The notes beneath the pieces are model-generated. The model was not told the DNA's origin. It did no database searches and saw only the letters and a list, made by a program, of their open reading frames with translations. The translations under genes and the position numbers were made by a program. 64,000 nt of DNA from an uncultured Actinomycetota bacterium (GTDB taxonomy: Bacteria > Actinomycetota > Actinomycetes > JACCUZ01): assembly GCA_963794995.1 (NCBI GenBank), contig CAWCFV010000002.1, forward strand, positions 2,954,722 through 3,018,721. Direction: 5' to 3'. This document shows, piece by piece, positions 34,406 through 44,752 of the stretch (its first letter is position 1; every line of letters starts with the position of its first letter).

Positions 34406-36435
34406 GTGCGGGACCAGCCGTGGGTGATGCGGACGTACGCCGGGCACTCCTCGGCCGCCGAGTCCAACGCGCTGTACCGGCGCAACCTGGAGAAGGGCCA
34501 GACCGGGCTGTCGGTGGCCTTCGACCTCCCGACCCAGACCGGCTACGACCCGGACCACGAGCTCTCCCGCGGCGAGGTCGGCAAGGTGGGCGTGCCGGTC
34601 AGCCACCTGGGCGACCTCCGCGCCCTGTTCGACGGCATCCCGCTCACCGGGACCAACACCTCGATGACCATCAACGCGACCGCGATGTGGCTCTTCGCCC
34701 TGTACGAGACGGTGGCCCTGGAGCAGGCCGGGGTCGCGGCCGACGACGACGCGGCGGCGGCCGAGGTGCGTGGCAGGCTGGCGGGCACGACCCAGAACGA
34801 CATCCTCAAGGAGTACCTGTCGCGAGGCACCTACGCCTTCCCGCCCGCCGCCTCGATGCGGCTGACGACCGACCTGATCGCGCACACCGTGACCGAGGTG
34901 CCGCGGTTCAACCCGATCAACATCTGCAGCTACCACCTGCAGGAGGCCGGTGCGACCCCGGTGCAGGAGCTCGCCTTCGCGATGTCGACGGCGATCGCGG
35001 TGCTCGACGCCGTACGCGCTGCCGGCCAGGTGCCCGAGGAGCGTTTCGCCGACGTCGTCGCCCGCATCTCCTTCTTCGTCAACGCCGGCGTGCGCTTCGT
35101 CGAGGAGATGTGCAAGATGCGCGCCCTGGTGCAGATCTGGGACGAGACCACCCGGGACCGCTACGGCGTCACCGACCCGAAGGCCCGGCGGCTGCGGTAC
35201 GGCGTGCAGGTCAACTCGCTCGGGCTGACCGAGGCGCAGCCCGAGAACAACGTCGCAGCGGATCGTGCTGGAGATGCTGGCCGTGACCCTGTCCAAGGAC
35301 GCGCGGGCCCGCGCCGTGCAGCTCCCCGGCGTGGAACGAGGCCCTCGGCCTGCCGCGGCCGTGGGACCAGCAGTGGTCGCTGCGGATCCAGCAGGTGCTG
35401 GCCTACGAGTCCGACCTGCTCGAGCACGACGACCTGTTCGCCGGGTCCCGGGTGGTCGAGGCGAAGGTGGCCGAGCTGGTGGCGGCCGCCCGCGCGGAGA
35501 TGGCGAGGATCGAGGACCTCGGCGGGGCGGTCGCCGCCGTGGAGTCCGGCTACCTCAAGGGTGAGCTGGTCGCCGCGCACGCCCGCCACCGGGCGCGGGT
35601 CGAGTCCGGGGACGCCGTGGTCGTGGGGGTCAACCGCTTCACCGGCACCGAGCCGAGCCCGCTCACCGCCGACCTCGACACGGCGGTGCAGACCGTGGAC
35701 AAGGAGGTCGAGGCGCGAGCCGTCGCCGCCCTGGAGGCCTGGCGCGCGGGGCGCGACGACCGTGCGGTCGCGGCCGCTCTCGCGACGCTGCGGGCTGCAG
35801 CCGCCACCACCGACAACCTGGTGCCCGCCACCCTGGCCTGCGTCCGGGTGGGCGTGACCACCGGGGAGTGGGCCGGCGCGCTGCGCGACGTGTTCGGCTC
35901 GTACCGCGCGCCGACCGGCGTCGGTGGCAACGCCGGCATGAGCGCGATGAGCGGCCTCACCGGGGAGGCGGGTGACGACCTGCACGCCGTGCGCGACCTC
36001 GTCACGCGCACCGGCGCGGACCTCGGCGGCCGGCTGCGCCTGCTGGTCGGCAAGCCCGGTCTCGACGGGCACTCGAACGGGGCGGAGCAGATCGCCGTCC
36101 GCGCCCGCGACGCCGGCATCGAGGTGGTCTACCAGGGCATCCGGCTGACCCCGGCGCAGATCGCCTCGGCCGCAGTCGAGGAAGGCGTGCACTGCGTCGG
36201 GCTGTCGATCCTGTCCGGCTCGCACCGCGAGCTGGTACCGGAGGTGCTCCGCCTGCTTCGCGACGCGGGCGCGGGTGACGTGCCGGTGGTCGTCGGCGGC
36301 ATCATCCCCGCCTCGGACGCGCGCTGGCTGCAGGACCAGGGAGTCGCTGCGGTCTTCACCCCGAAGGACTTCGGCATCACCGGCATCATCGGGCGCATCG
36401 TCGGGGTCGTCCGCGCCGCCCACGACCTCGACTGA
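34406..36435 (+). CDS. meaA: ethylmalonyl-CoA mutase (MeaA/Ecm), B12-dependent; indels near 35255-35330
   Basis: RDQPWVMRTYAGHSSA, GLSVAFDLPTQ, QNDILKEYLSRGT, ICSYHLQEAGA, KPGLDGHSNGAE (B12-binding DxHxxG). Confidence 0.93.
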
Positions 36436-36456
36436 CCCGGTGGCGTCCCCGCGAGC

Positions 36457-37275
36457 TCAGCCGTCGTCGCGCCGGCGCCAGCGGAAGTAGCGCAGCGCGA
36501 TCACCAGCCCGACCACGGCCCAGGCGGCCAGGATGAGCGCCACCCGGCCGAGCTCCCAGGAGCCGGCCAGCTCGCGGCCCTGGAAGCTGTCGGGCAGGAA
36601 CACCGACCGCATCCCCTGGCACAGCCACTTCAGCGGGAACACGGCCGCGAGCTGCTGCATCCAGCCGGGCAGCTCGTCGTACTGGAAGAACACCCCGGAC
36701 GTGAACTGCAGCACCAGGACCACGGGGGTCACCAGGGCAGGTGCCCCGCGCCCGGTGCGCGCCAGCGCGGAGAAGCCGATGCCGAGCAGGGTGCAGGTGG
36801 TCAGCCCGAGCACGCTGAGCCAGCTGAACGTCCACCAGCTCGCGACGTCGGTGGGGAGGTGGACGTCGAACAGGCTCACGCCGATCGCGAGCAGCGCGGC
36901 GACCTGGACGGCGTAGACGGCCAGGACCAGGCCGACCTTCCCGAGGAAGTAGGCGGCCGGCGGCATCGGGGTCGCCTGCAGGCGCTTGAGCGTGCCGTCG
37001 TCGCGCTCCTGCGGGATGGCGATCGCGAGGTTCTGGAACGACGTGTACACGATGCCGGACGCGATCATGCCGGCCAGGAAGTACTGGCTGAACCTGACGC
37101 CGGGGGCCACCGTGCCGGAGAAGGCGGAGCCGAACACCACGAGGAGCAGCACCGGCAGGATCATCGTGAAGAAGGCGGCCTCGCGGTCGCGCACGAAGGA
37201 CAGCAGCTCGATCCGGGCCCGTCGGAGGCCGATCGAGGCGACCCCCGGGACCCGCGGGGTCACGGCGCCGCTCAC
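36457..37275 (-). CDS. ABC-2 type transporter permease
   Basis: RDREAAFFT, QERDDGTLKRL, FTSGVF, multiple TM helices, FRW tail. Confidence 0.9.
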   Translation of the reverse strand: MSGAVTPRVPGVASIGLRRARIELLSFVRDREAAFFTMILPVLLLVVFGSAFSGTVAPGVRFSQYFLAGMIASGIVYTSFQNLAIAIPQERDDGTLKRLQATPMPPAAYFLGKVGLVLAVYAVQVAALLAIGVSLFDVHLPTDVASWWTFSWLSVLGLTTCTLLGIGFSALARTGRGAPALVTPVVLVLQFTSGVFFQYDELPGWMQQLAAVFPLKWLCQGMRSVFLPDSFQGRELAGSWELGRVALILAAWAVVGLVIALRYFRWRRRDDG

Positions 37276-38123
37276 TGCTCGCCCAGCATCTCGAGGTAGG
37301 TGTCCTCCAGGCTCGGCCGCTGCACGGAGAGGCCGGGCACCTCGCCGCCGAGCTCGGCGGCGAGCTCTGCGACCACGGCGGTCGGCGTGGCGGTGCGCCG
37401 GGACCGCGGCTCGCCGTCGCGGCCGGTCCATGCCACCGTCACCTGCGCGCGGCTCCGGCCGCCGAGGGTCGCCGGCGGCGCCACGTCGAGGATCGCGCCG
37501 CGCGCGATGACGGCCACCCGGTCGGCGAGGCGCTCGGCCTCGTCGAGGTAGTGCGTGGTGAGCACGATGGTGGTTCCCTCGCGGGCGAGCCGCTCGACGA
37601 GCTCCCAGAACACCCGGCGGGCGGCGGGGTCGAAGCCGGTGGTGGGCTCGTCGAGGAAGAGCAGCTCGGGGCGGCCGAGGATGCCCAGGGCCACGTCGAG
37701 GCGCCGCCGCTGCCCGCCGGAGAGGGCCCGCACCCGCTTGCCGGCGCTGTCGTCGAGCCCGACGGTCGTCAGGACCTCGTCCGGGTCGCGCGGCCTGGGG
37801 TAGTAGCCGGCGAAGTGCCGGACGGTCTCGGCGACGGTCAGCTCGGACAGGTCGTTCACCGACTGGAGGACCACGCCGACCCGCGCGCGCCAGGCCGAGG
37901 TCGGACGGGCGGGGTCCTGCCCGAGGACGCTGACCTCGCCCGCGTCCCTCGTCCGGTACCCCTCGAGGATCTCCACCGTGGTCGTCTTGCCGGCCCCGTT
38001 CGGGCCGAGCAGCGCGAACACCTCGCCGCGGGCCACGACGAGGTCCACCGCGTCGACGGCGACCTTGCCGTCGTACCGTTTCGTCAGCCCACGGACGGTG
38101 ACCGCGTCCTGATCGTCGCCCAC
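37272..38123 (-). CDS. ABC transporter ATP-binding protein
   Basis: GPNGAGKTT, LSGGQRRR, FLDEPTTG, TTHYLDEA. Confidence 0.93.
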   Translation of the reverse strand: MGDDQDAVTVRGLTKRYDGKVAVDAVDLVVARGEVFALLGPNGAGKTTTVEILEGYRTRDAGEVSVLGQDPARPTSAWRARVGVVLQSVNDLSELTVAETVRHFAGYYPRPRDPDEVLTTVGLDDSAGKRVRALSGGQRRRLDVALGILGRPELLFLDEPTTGFDPAARRVFWELVERLAREGTTIVLTTHYLDEAERLADRVAVIARGAILDVAPPATLGGRSRAQVTVAWTGRDGEPRSRRTATPTAVVAELAAELGGEVPGLSVQRPSLEDTYLEMLGEQ

Positions 38124-38163
38124 GAGGTCGAGTCTGCCGCAACGACGCGAGGATGGGGGACCG

Positions 38164-39438
38164 GTGGCGCCTCGGATGCGCTCCACCCTGCGCCGCGTCG
38201 CCGTCGACGTGACCCCCCTGCGCAACGCCGACTTCCGCCGGCTGTTCGTCGGCCAGGGTGTCTCGTTCGTGGGCTACCAGATGACCGCCGTCGCGGTGCC
38301 GGTGCAGATGTACGACGTGACGCGCTCGTCGCTGTGGGTCGGCCTCATCGGTCTCGCCGCCTTCGTCCCGCTGGTCGTCTTCGGGCTCTGGGGCGGCGCG
38401 GTGTCCGACGCCGTGGACCGGCGCCGGCTCTACGTCGCGTCGTCGTTCCTGGTGTGGGCCGTGACCGGCGGCCTGCTGCTCCAGGCGCTGCTCGGCCCCG
38501 GCGACCGGTACGTCCTGCTCCTCCTGGTGGCGCTGCAGTCGGTGGGCTTCGCCCTCTCCTCACCCGTCCGCGGGGCGATCCTGCCCCGGCTGCTGCACCG
38601 CGACCAGGTCCCTGCGGCGAACACGCTGAGCTTCACGATGAGCAGCGTGGGCAGCGTCGTCGGGCCGCTGCTCGCCGGGGTCGTCCTGGCCCGCTGGACC
38701 TACGCGACGGCCTACGCGATCGATGCGGCGCTGTTCACCGTCGGCTTCTACGCGGCTCTGCGGCTGCCGTCCCTGCCGCCGCTCGGCGAGGTGGTGCGCC
38801 CCGGTCTGCGGTCCGTGCTGGACGGCCTGCGGTTCATCGCCGGTCGCCCGGTCATCCTGATGTCCTTCGCCGTCGATGTCGTCGCCATGGTGTTCGCCAT
38901 GCCCCGCGCGCTGTTCCCCGAGGTGGCGGACGCCCGGTTCCACGGCGAGACCTCGGTGGGCTGGCTGTTCGCGGCCATCGCCATCGGTGCGGTCGTCGGC
39001 GGGCTCGCCAGCGGCTGGATCGGCCGGGTCCGACGGCAGGGGGTCGCGCTGGTGGTGGCCGTCTGCGGGTGGGGCGTCGCGGTGGCGCTGGCCGGTCTCG
39101 CCCAGGCGCTGTGGGTCGCGGTCCTGCTCCTCGCGGTGGCGGGCGCGGCGGACCTGGTGTCCGCCGTCTACCGGCAGACGATCCTGCAGACCTTCGCGCC
39201 GGACGCGATGCGCGGCCGGATGCAGGGCGTGTTCATCGTCGTCGTCGCCGGCGGGCCCCGCCTCGGTGACCTCCGGGCGGGGGGCACCGCCGCGGTGGCG
39301 GGGGCGACGTTCTCCTGGGTGGCCGGCGGCATCGCGTGCGCCGTGCTGGTGCTCGTGCTGGCGTTCGCCGTGCCGGCGCTGTGGCGCTACCGGACGCCAG
39401 GCCCCCGCGCCCTCGGCGCGGCCGGCCAGGACACCTAG
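38164..39438 (+). CDS. MFS transporter (EntS/MFS_3-like)
   Basis: DVTPLRNADFRRL, GAVSDAVDRRR, MRGRMQG...GGPRLGD; about 12 TM. Confidence 0.88.
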   Translation: MAPRMRSTLRRVAVDVTPLRNADFRRLFVGQGVSFVGYQMTAVAVPVQMYDVTRSSLWVGLIGLAAFVPLVVFGLWGGAVSDAVDRRRLYVASSFLVWAVTGGLLLQALLGPGDRYVLLLLVALQSVGFALSSPVRGAILPRLLHRDQVPAANTLSFTMSSVGSVVGPLLAGVVLARWTYATAYAIDAALFTVGFYAALRLPSLPPLGEVVRPGLRSVLDGLRFIAGRPVILMSFAVDVVAMVFAMPRALFPEVADARFHGETSVGWLFAAIAIGAVVGGLASGWIGRVRRQGVALVVAVCGWGVAVALAGLAQALWVAVLLLAVAGAADLVSAVYRQTILQTFAPDAMRGRMQGVFIVVVAGGPRLGDLRAGGTAAVAGATFSWVAGGIACAVLVLVLAFAVPALWRYRTPGPRALGAAGQDT

Positions 39439-40439
39439 GGCTGGACGGCCTGCCGCTGCCCGGCCGAAGCGCCGGCCGCGTCTCCCTCGGCCGTGCCCAG
39501 CAGGGTCTCGACCTCGGCGAGCACGTCGTCGGCGCAGCCCCACGACAGCGTGACGCCGGCGCCGCCGTGGCCGTAGCAGTGCACGACGCCCCCAGGGGAC
39601 CCGTCGGCGTGCGGAACGGTGTCCAGCCGGACGGAGGGGCGGGCCGGGCGCAGGCCGACCCGGTGACCGAGCACCTGCGCCCGGCGCAGCGCCGGCACGA
39701 GGGCGACCGCGCGGGCCAGGAGCTCGCGAGCCGTGATCGGGTCGGGCTGCAGCGTCCAGTCGCCGTCCTGAGCCGTCCCGCCGACGATCACGTCGTGCTC
39801 GCGCGGGACGACGTAGAGCGGACGCTCGCCGGGCCCACGCTCGGACACCAGGAGCCACTCCGCGACGCCGGTCTGGGCGACCCGCACCACCTGGCCGCGC
39901 ACCGGGTGCAGCGTGGTGTCGGCCGCCAGCGCCCGGGACGCCAGCCCGGTGGCGTTCACGACGACGCCGGCGGTGGGCAGGCCGGCCAGCCGGTGTCGGG
40001 TGAGGGTGCCGCCGGCCCGCTCGAGCCGGTCGACGAGGTACCGGAGGTAGACGTCCATCTCGGCGACCGGGAGGGCCAGCCGCCAGCCCCGCGCGTGGCC
40101 GGGAGCCGGATCGTCCACGACGGCGAGGTCGGGCACCGCCGGCCGCCACCACGGCTGCACCGGCGCGCCCGCGTGCAGCAGCTCGACGCCGTCGCGCAGC
40201 CGCACCCCGGTGCCGGGCTCGTCGGCCAGGGCACACAGCGCGTCGTAGGTGCGTGCCGACCACGCCGTGACCCTGTCCTGGGGCAGCGCCCGGTAGGGGT
40301 ACCAGAGGGCGGCCGCCACCGCGCTGGTCGTCTCCGGTGGCAGGTCGCGGGCCAGCACGTCGGCCTGGTGGCCCGCCTCGGCCAGGCGGACGGCGCAGGT
40401 GAGCCCGACCACGCCCGCGCCCACGACGATGACCCGCAC
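39435..40439 (-). CDS. D-amino-acid oxidase family FAD oxidoreductase
   Basis: VVGAGVVGL, TTSAVAAALW, VVNATGL, PVRGQV, VGLRPAR, HCYGHGGAGVTLSWG. Confidence 0.9.
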   Translation of the reverse strand: MRVIVVGAGVVGLTCAVRLAEAGHQADVLARDLPPETTSAVAAALWYPYRALPQDRVTAWSARTYDALCALADEPGTGVRLRDGVELLHAGAPVQPWWRPAVPDLAVVDDPAPGHARGWRLALPVAEMDVYLRYLVDRLERAGGTLTRHRLAGLPTAGVVVNATGLASRALAADTTLHPVRGQVVRVAQTGVAEWLLVSERGPGERPLYVVPREHDVIVGGTAQDGDWTLQPDPITARELLARAVALVPALRRAQVLGHRVGLRPARPSVRLDTVPHADGSPGGVVHCYGHGGAGVTLSWGCADDVLAEVETLLGTAEGDAAGASAGQRQAVQP

Positions 40440-40495
40440 GGCCCCAGTCTGGCCGTTCCCGGGTCGGCCCGCCCGGCAACGGCCGGTATGCCTGC

Positions 40496-43400
40496 TCAGA
40501 GGTCGATGTCGACCGACAGCTCGAACCAGACCGTCTTGCCGGTCCCGCGCGAGTGCACCACGCCCCACGTCCGCGCGAGGGCGTCGACCAGGACCAGTCC
40601 GCGGCCCGCCTCGTGCTCGGGCCCGGGGGACTGGAGCCGGGGCAGGTCCGGGCCGTCGTCGTGCACCTCGACCCGCAGGGTGCGGTCGACCTGGCCGAGG
40701 CGGAGCCGGACGCGGTCCCGGCCGTGCCGCAGCGCGTTGGCCAGCAGCTCACCGACGAGCTGCAGGCAGGCCGACCCGACGCTCTCCAGCCCCCACGCGG
40801 CCAGCGTGGCGGCCACCTCGGTCCGGACCCGGGAGACCTCGGCCGCGCCGTGGGTCACCGTCAGCTCCCACGCCTGCAGCCGGCCCCCCTCGCCCCGCAG
40901 CCCCACCGCCAGCACGGCGGCGTCGTCGTCGTGCCCGGCCGGCCCGACCATCGCCTCCAGGGCGGCACCGCAGAGGCCGTCGAGGTCCGCCGACGGCCGC
41001 CCGAGCTGCTCGGTCAGCTCGACGATCCCGGAGTGCACGTCGCGCCGGCGCGACTCGACGAGACCGTCGGTGTAGAGCACCACCACGTCACCCGGAGCCA
41101 GGTGGGAGCTGGCCGTCTCGAAACGCACGCCGCCCACCCCGAGCGGTGCGCCGGTCGGCAGCTCGATCGTGCGGACCCCGCCGTCGGCGGACACCACGAC
41201 CGGCGGCAGGTGCCCCGCGTTGCACCAGGTCACCTGGCCGGTCGGGGCGTCCAGCACGGCGTAGACACAGGTCACCAGGGCGGCGTCGCCGAGCCCCAGC
41301 ACCAGCCGGTCCAGCTCGGTCACCAGCCGGTCCGGCTCCAGGTCCAGCGCGGCGTAGGCCCGGACGGCGGCGCGCAGCTGGCCCATCACGGCCGCGGCGC
41401 GGATCCCCCGGCCCATCACGTCGCCGATGACCAGGCCGGTGCGGCCGAGCCCGACGGGGATGACGTCGAACCAGTCGCCGCCGACCTCGGTGTCCAGGCT
41501 GCCGGGCTGGTAGCGGAACCCCAGCTCCAGCCACGGGGGAGTGGCCAGGTCCAGCGGCATCAGGCTGCGCTGCAGGGTCAGCGCCACCTCCGTGCTCGCG
41601 GCGTGCGCCCGGGAGTTGTCGATCGCGGCGGCGGCCCGCTCGGCCAGCGCCTCCACCAGCGCGACGGCGTCGGGGTCGTACGGCGGCAGGTCGCGTGCCC
41701 GGCCCAGCGTGACCGTGCCGATGACCGCCGACCGGGCCACGAGCGGCACGCTGACGCTCGGCCCGAGGCCGAGGGCCCGCGCCACCGCGTACTCCTGCTC
41801 GGTCGTGGTAGCCGCGCGCAGCTCGTCGTCGCTGAGACCGGGGAGGACGACCGTGCGGCCGGTGCGCAGCACCTGGTCCAGGGGTGACCCGGGGGGCGGC
41901 CGGTAGTCGACCAGCGCCGCCAGCTGCTCGGCGACCTCCGGGTCCTGGTGGGCCGACGCGACCTGGCGCAGCTGCCGGCTGGCCGGGTCCAGCAGGTGGA
42001 CGACGCACATCTGGCCGAGCAGCGGCAGGCTGAGCTCGGTCACCTGCTGCAGGGTCAGGCGGTGGTCCAGCGAGGTCCCGAGGGTGCGCCCGGCCTCGGC
42101 CAGGAACGCGAGGCCGGCGGCGGCGCTGGCCTCCCGGTCGCGCAGCACCGCGCGTTGCAGGGCCTGGGCACACAGCCCGGCCACCGAGAGCAGGAAGGTG
42201 CGGTCGGACTCGGGGAAGTCCCGGTCGGTGGCGAAGCCGACGACGAGGGAGCCCAGCCGCGCGCCCTCCGCGGTGAGGGGCAGGATCGCGAACGAAGCGG
42301 CGTCCCCGCGGGCCGGCCAGCCGGGATGGCGCTCGAGCGCCGCCGACCGCGAGCCGACCCAGACCGGCTCGTCCCTGCTGAGGGCGGTCGCGATCGGCAG
42401 GCTCGAGTCGAGCGGCATCGGGCTGTGGTCCAGCAGGCCGATGCTGGAGCCGACGGCGTGCACGACCCGCAGCTGGTCGCCGGCCTCGTTCAGGAGCCAG
42501 AGGGCTCCGGTGGAGGCCCCGATCTGGCGCTGGACGCCGGCGACGACGATTCGCGCGACGTCGGCGGGCGTCTCGGCGTCGCCCAGCGCCGACCCGAGCT
42601 CGTAGAGGCGCCGGACCTGCAGCGCGGCCTGCTCGGCCGCCTCGCGGGCGGTGCGCTCCGAGGCCAGCAGCTCGCGGCGCTGGGCGGTCGCCCGGCGCGC
42701 CTCGGTCACGTCCCGCAGGAAGGCGGTGAAGACCGGCGGCCCGTCCACCTGGGGTCGGGCGACGGTGAGCTCGACGGGTACCTCGTGCCCGTCCGCGTGC
42801 AGCGCCTCGATCTCGACCCGCCGGCCGATGATGGTCTCCTCGCCGGTGCGCAGGTGCCGTGCCAGCCCGCGGCGGTGCGCCTCCCGGTGGCGCTGCGGGA
42901 TCAGCAGGTCGGCCATCGGCTGCCCGAGGGCCGCGTCGCGGGTGTGGCCGAAGGTCTGCTCGGCGGAGGAGTTCCACTCGATGACGACGCCGTGGGCGTC
43001 GATGGAGACGACCGCGTCGAGGGCGGAGGCCAGCATCGCGGACTTCAGCGCCTCGCTGCGGCTGACGTTGCGGCGGGCCTGGTCCAGCTCGATGGCCCGG
43101 TCGGCGAGGTTGCTGACCGCCTCCTCCAGCAGCAGCGACTGCTCCAGGACGCTGGCCTCGTGGACGGCCAGGAGGTCCGAGGTCGCGCGGGCCCGCCACG
43201 CCTCACGGGTGGGGTCGGGGGCCACGTCGCGCTCGGGGTCGCTGTCGAAGACCCGGCCGCCGACGTGCGCGAGCAGGACGAGCCCGACACTGGACGCCAC
43301 GGTGGTGAACCGCTCGGCCGTCTCCCGGGAGACGGGCGTCCGGGAGAAGCAGATGACGGCGTAGAGCTCGCCGTCGGGCAGGATGCCGCCGAAGCCCAGG

Positions 43401-43978
43401 ACCGAGCGGACCCCGTAGCGGTGCACGAAGTCCTGGGCCGGCACGTACGGGCTGCCGTCGGCCTCGTCGACGAGGAAGACGTCCATGGCGCCGGGGGAGT
43501 GGCCGAGCATCAGCCGGCCGGGGCTGCCGCCCGCGAGGGCGGCCACGTCGACGCCCAGCTGACGCACCAGCTCGGCGATCATGGGTGAGCCGGCCACCGC
43601 CCGCTCGCTCGGGAGCGGGATCACCTGGTGGGCGCGCGACTCCCCCCGGGAGCGCCACTCGGGCTCGTCACCGGTGGTGCCCAGCAGGGTGAGGCAGCGC
43701 ACCGCGTCGACCTGGGCCGGGTCGACCGCGCCGGCCGGCACGGCAGCCAGGGCGCGCTCCCGGAGCCCCGGCTCCAGCCGGCCCAGCGGCAGGGTGGTGA
43801 ACAGGCGCACGAGCAGGCAGGCCTTCTCGCCGCTGTCCTTGTCGACCAGCGCGTCCGCCAGGTGGCTGACCACCCGTCCGGCGGCCTGCTCCATGGTGGC
43901 GGCGCCCCGCCCGGTGGCGCGCAGGGCGGAGTCCAGCCGAACCATGTCGCTCAGCTGGAAATCCCGCATGTCGTGCAC
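40496..43978 (-). CDS. multidomain SpoIIE/PP2C phosphatase: unnamed N-terminal domain + PAS + two GAF + PP2C + HATPase
   Basis: PAS (EWNSSAEQTFG...GHEVPVEL), GAFs, LQRSLMP, VGGDWFD, IGDVMGRG, NAGHLPP, LYTDGLVE, DDDAAVL, ELLANALRHG...GRGLVLV...GKTVWF; GTG start behind GGAGG. Confidence 0.9.
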   Translation of the reverse strand: MHDMRDFQLSDMVRLDSALRATGRGAATMEQAAGRVVSHLADALVDKDSGEKACLLVRLFTTLPLGRLEPGLRERALAAVPAGAVDPAQVDAVRCLTLLGTTGDEPEWRSRGESRAHQVIPLPSERAVAGSPMIAELVRQLGVDVAALAGGSPGRLMLGHSPGAMDVFLVDEADGSPYVPAQDFVHRYGVRSVLGFGGILPDGELYAVICFSRTPVSRETAERFTTVASSVGLVLLAHVGGRVFDSDPERDVAPDPTREAWRARATSDLLAVHEASVLEQSLLLEEAVSNLADRAIELDQARRNVSRSEALKSAMLASALDAVVSIDAHGVVIEWNSSAEQTFGHTRDAALGQPMADLLIPQRHREAHRRGLARHLRTGEETIIGRRVEIEALHADGHEVPVELTVARPQVDGPPVFTAFLRDVTEARRATAQRRELLASERTAREAAEQAALQVRRLYELGSALGDAETPADVARIVVAGVQRQIGASTGALWLLNEAGDQLRVVHAVGSSIGLLDHSPMPLDSSLPIATALSRDEPVWVGSRSAALERHPGWPARGDAASFAILPLTAEGARLGSLVVGFATDRDFPESDRTFLLSVAGLCAQALQRAVLRDREASAAAGLAFLAEAGRTLGTSLDHRLTLQQVTELSLPLLGQMCVVHLLDPASRQLRQVASAHQDPEVAEQLAALVDYRPPPGSPLDQVLRTGRTVVLPGLSDDELRAATTTEQEYAVARALGLGPSVSVPLVARSAVIGTVTLGRARDLPPYDPDAVALVEALAERAAAAIDNSRAHAASTEVALTLQRSLMPLDLATPPWLELGFRYQPGSLDTEVGGDWFDVIPVGLGRTGLVIGDVMGRGIRAAAVMGQLRAAVRAYAALDLEPDRLVTELDRLVLGLGDAALVTCVYAVLDAPTGQVTWCNAGHLPPVVVSADGGVRTIELPTGAPLGVGGVRFETASSHLAPGDVVVLYTDGLVESRRRDVHSGIVELTEQLGRPSADLDGLCGAALEAMVGPAGHDDDAAVLAVGLRGEGGRLQAWELTVTHGAAEVSRVRTEVAATLAAWGLESVGSACLQLVGELLANALRHGRDRVRLRLGQVDRTLRVEVHDDGPDLPRLQSPGPEHEAGRGLVLVDALARTWGVVHSRGTGKTVWFELSVDIDL

Positions 43979-44115
43979 GGCGCCTCCACCGCGGTCCTCG
44001 GCCGGGCGCCGCTGTCGGCCCCCGTGGGCGAGGCCGCCAGTGTGCCACCTGGCCGCCCTCCCGTCGTCCGGCTGCAGCCGTTTTGTGCGCCCGGGGACCC
44101 GACAGCCCGCGAGAG

Positions 44116-44137
44116 TTTGCCAACAAGTGTTGGCAAA
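44116..44137. promoter_or_regulatory. perfect 10-2-10 inverted repeat, probable operator of the adjacent ArsR-type regulator
   Basis: tttgccaaca-ag-tgttggcaaa, ending 27 nt before the regulator ATG. Confidence 0.7.
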
Positions 44138-44164
44138 GGAACGTTGGTACGGCATCCTCGGTCC

Positions 44165-44752
44165 ATGGCCGACCGCGTCACCCGTGTGCTGGACGTCACC
44201 GACCCCACGGCGCTGCGCGCCCTGGCCCACCCGCTGCGGCTGCGGCTGCTGCGGCTGGTGAGGGCCCATCAGCCCGTCACCGGGGCCGAGCTCGCCGGGC
44301 TGACGGGCGAGTCGAGCGCCAGCGTGAGCTACCACCTCTCGGTGCTGGCCCGGCACGGCTTCCTCGAGCTCGACCCCGGTCCCGGGGCGACCCGGCGGCA
44401 CAAGCCCTGGCGCACGACCTACGACCAGATGCGGGTGCGCTCGGACGACCAGGGCGGGCCGCCCCTGGCCAGCCCCGGCGGCGCCATGCTCGCCGCGCTG
44501 CTGGCCGACGCCCGGGCCGAGCAGGACGCCTACCTCGCCGCGGGTACGGCGCCGGGCTCCGCCGTGGGTGACGCCTCGACGTTCTCCCTGAGCCGGCTGG
44601 TGCTCTCCGCCGAGCAGGCCGAGCGGCTGGCCGAGGAGGTGGACGGGCTGTTCGACCGGTACCGGCAGGAGGGCGAGCCCGGACCGGGCGAGGCGTGGTT
44701 CTCGGTGACCTACGTCGCCGTGCCCGAGGTGATCGCGCAGCCGGGCGGATGA
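44165..44752 (+). CDS. ArsR-family winged-helix transcriptional regulator
   Basis: LRALAHPLRLRLL, SASVSYHLSVLARHG, KPWR. Confidence 0.88.
   Translation: MADRVTRVLDVTDPTALRALAHPLRLRLLRLVRAHQPVTGAELAGLTGESSASVSYHLSVLARHGFLELDPGPGATRRHKPWRTTYDQMRVRSDDQGGPPLASPGGAMLAALLADARAEQDAYLAAGTAPGSAVGDASTFSLSRLVLSAEQAERLAEEVDGLFDRYRQEGEPGPGEAWFSVTYVAVPEVIAQPGG

Noticed and set aside
34406-36435. Methylmalonyl-CoA or isobutyryl-CoA mutase
   Set aside because: The short N-terminus PWVMRTYAGHS and GLDGHSNGAE fit the MeaA/Ecm subfamily, consistent with ccr nearby.
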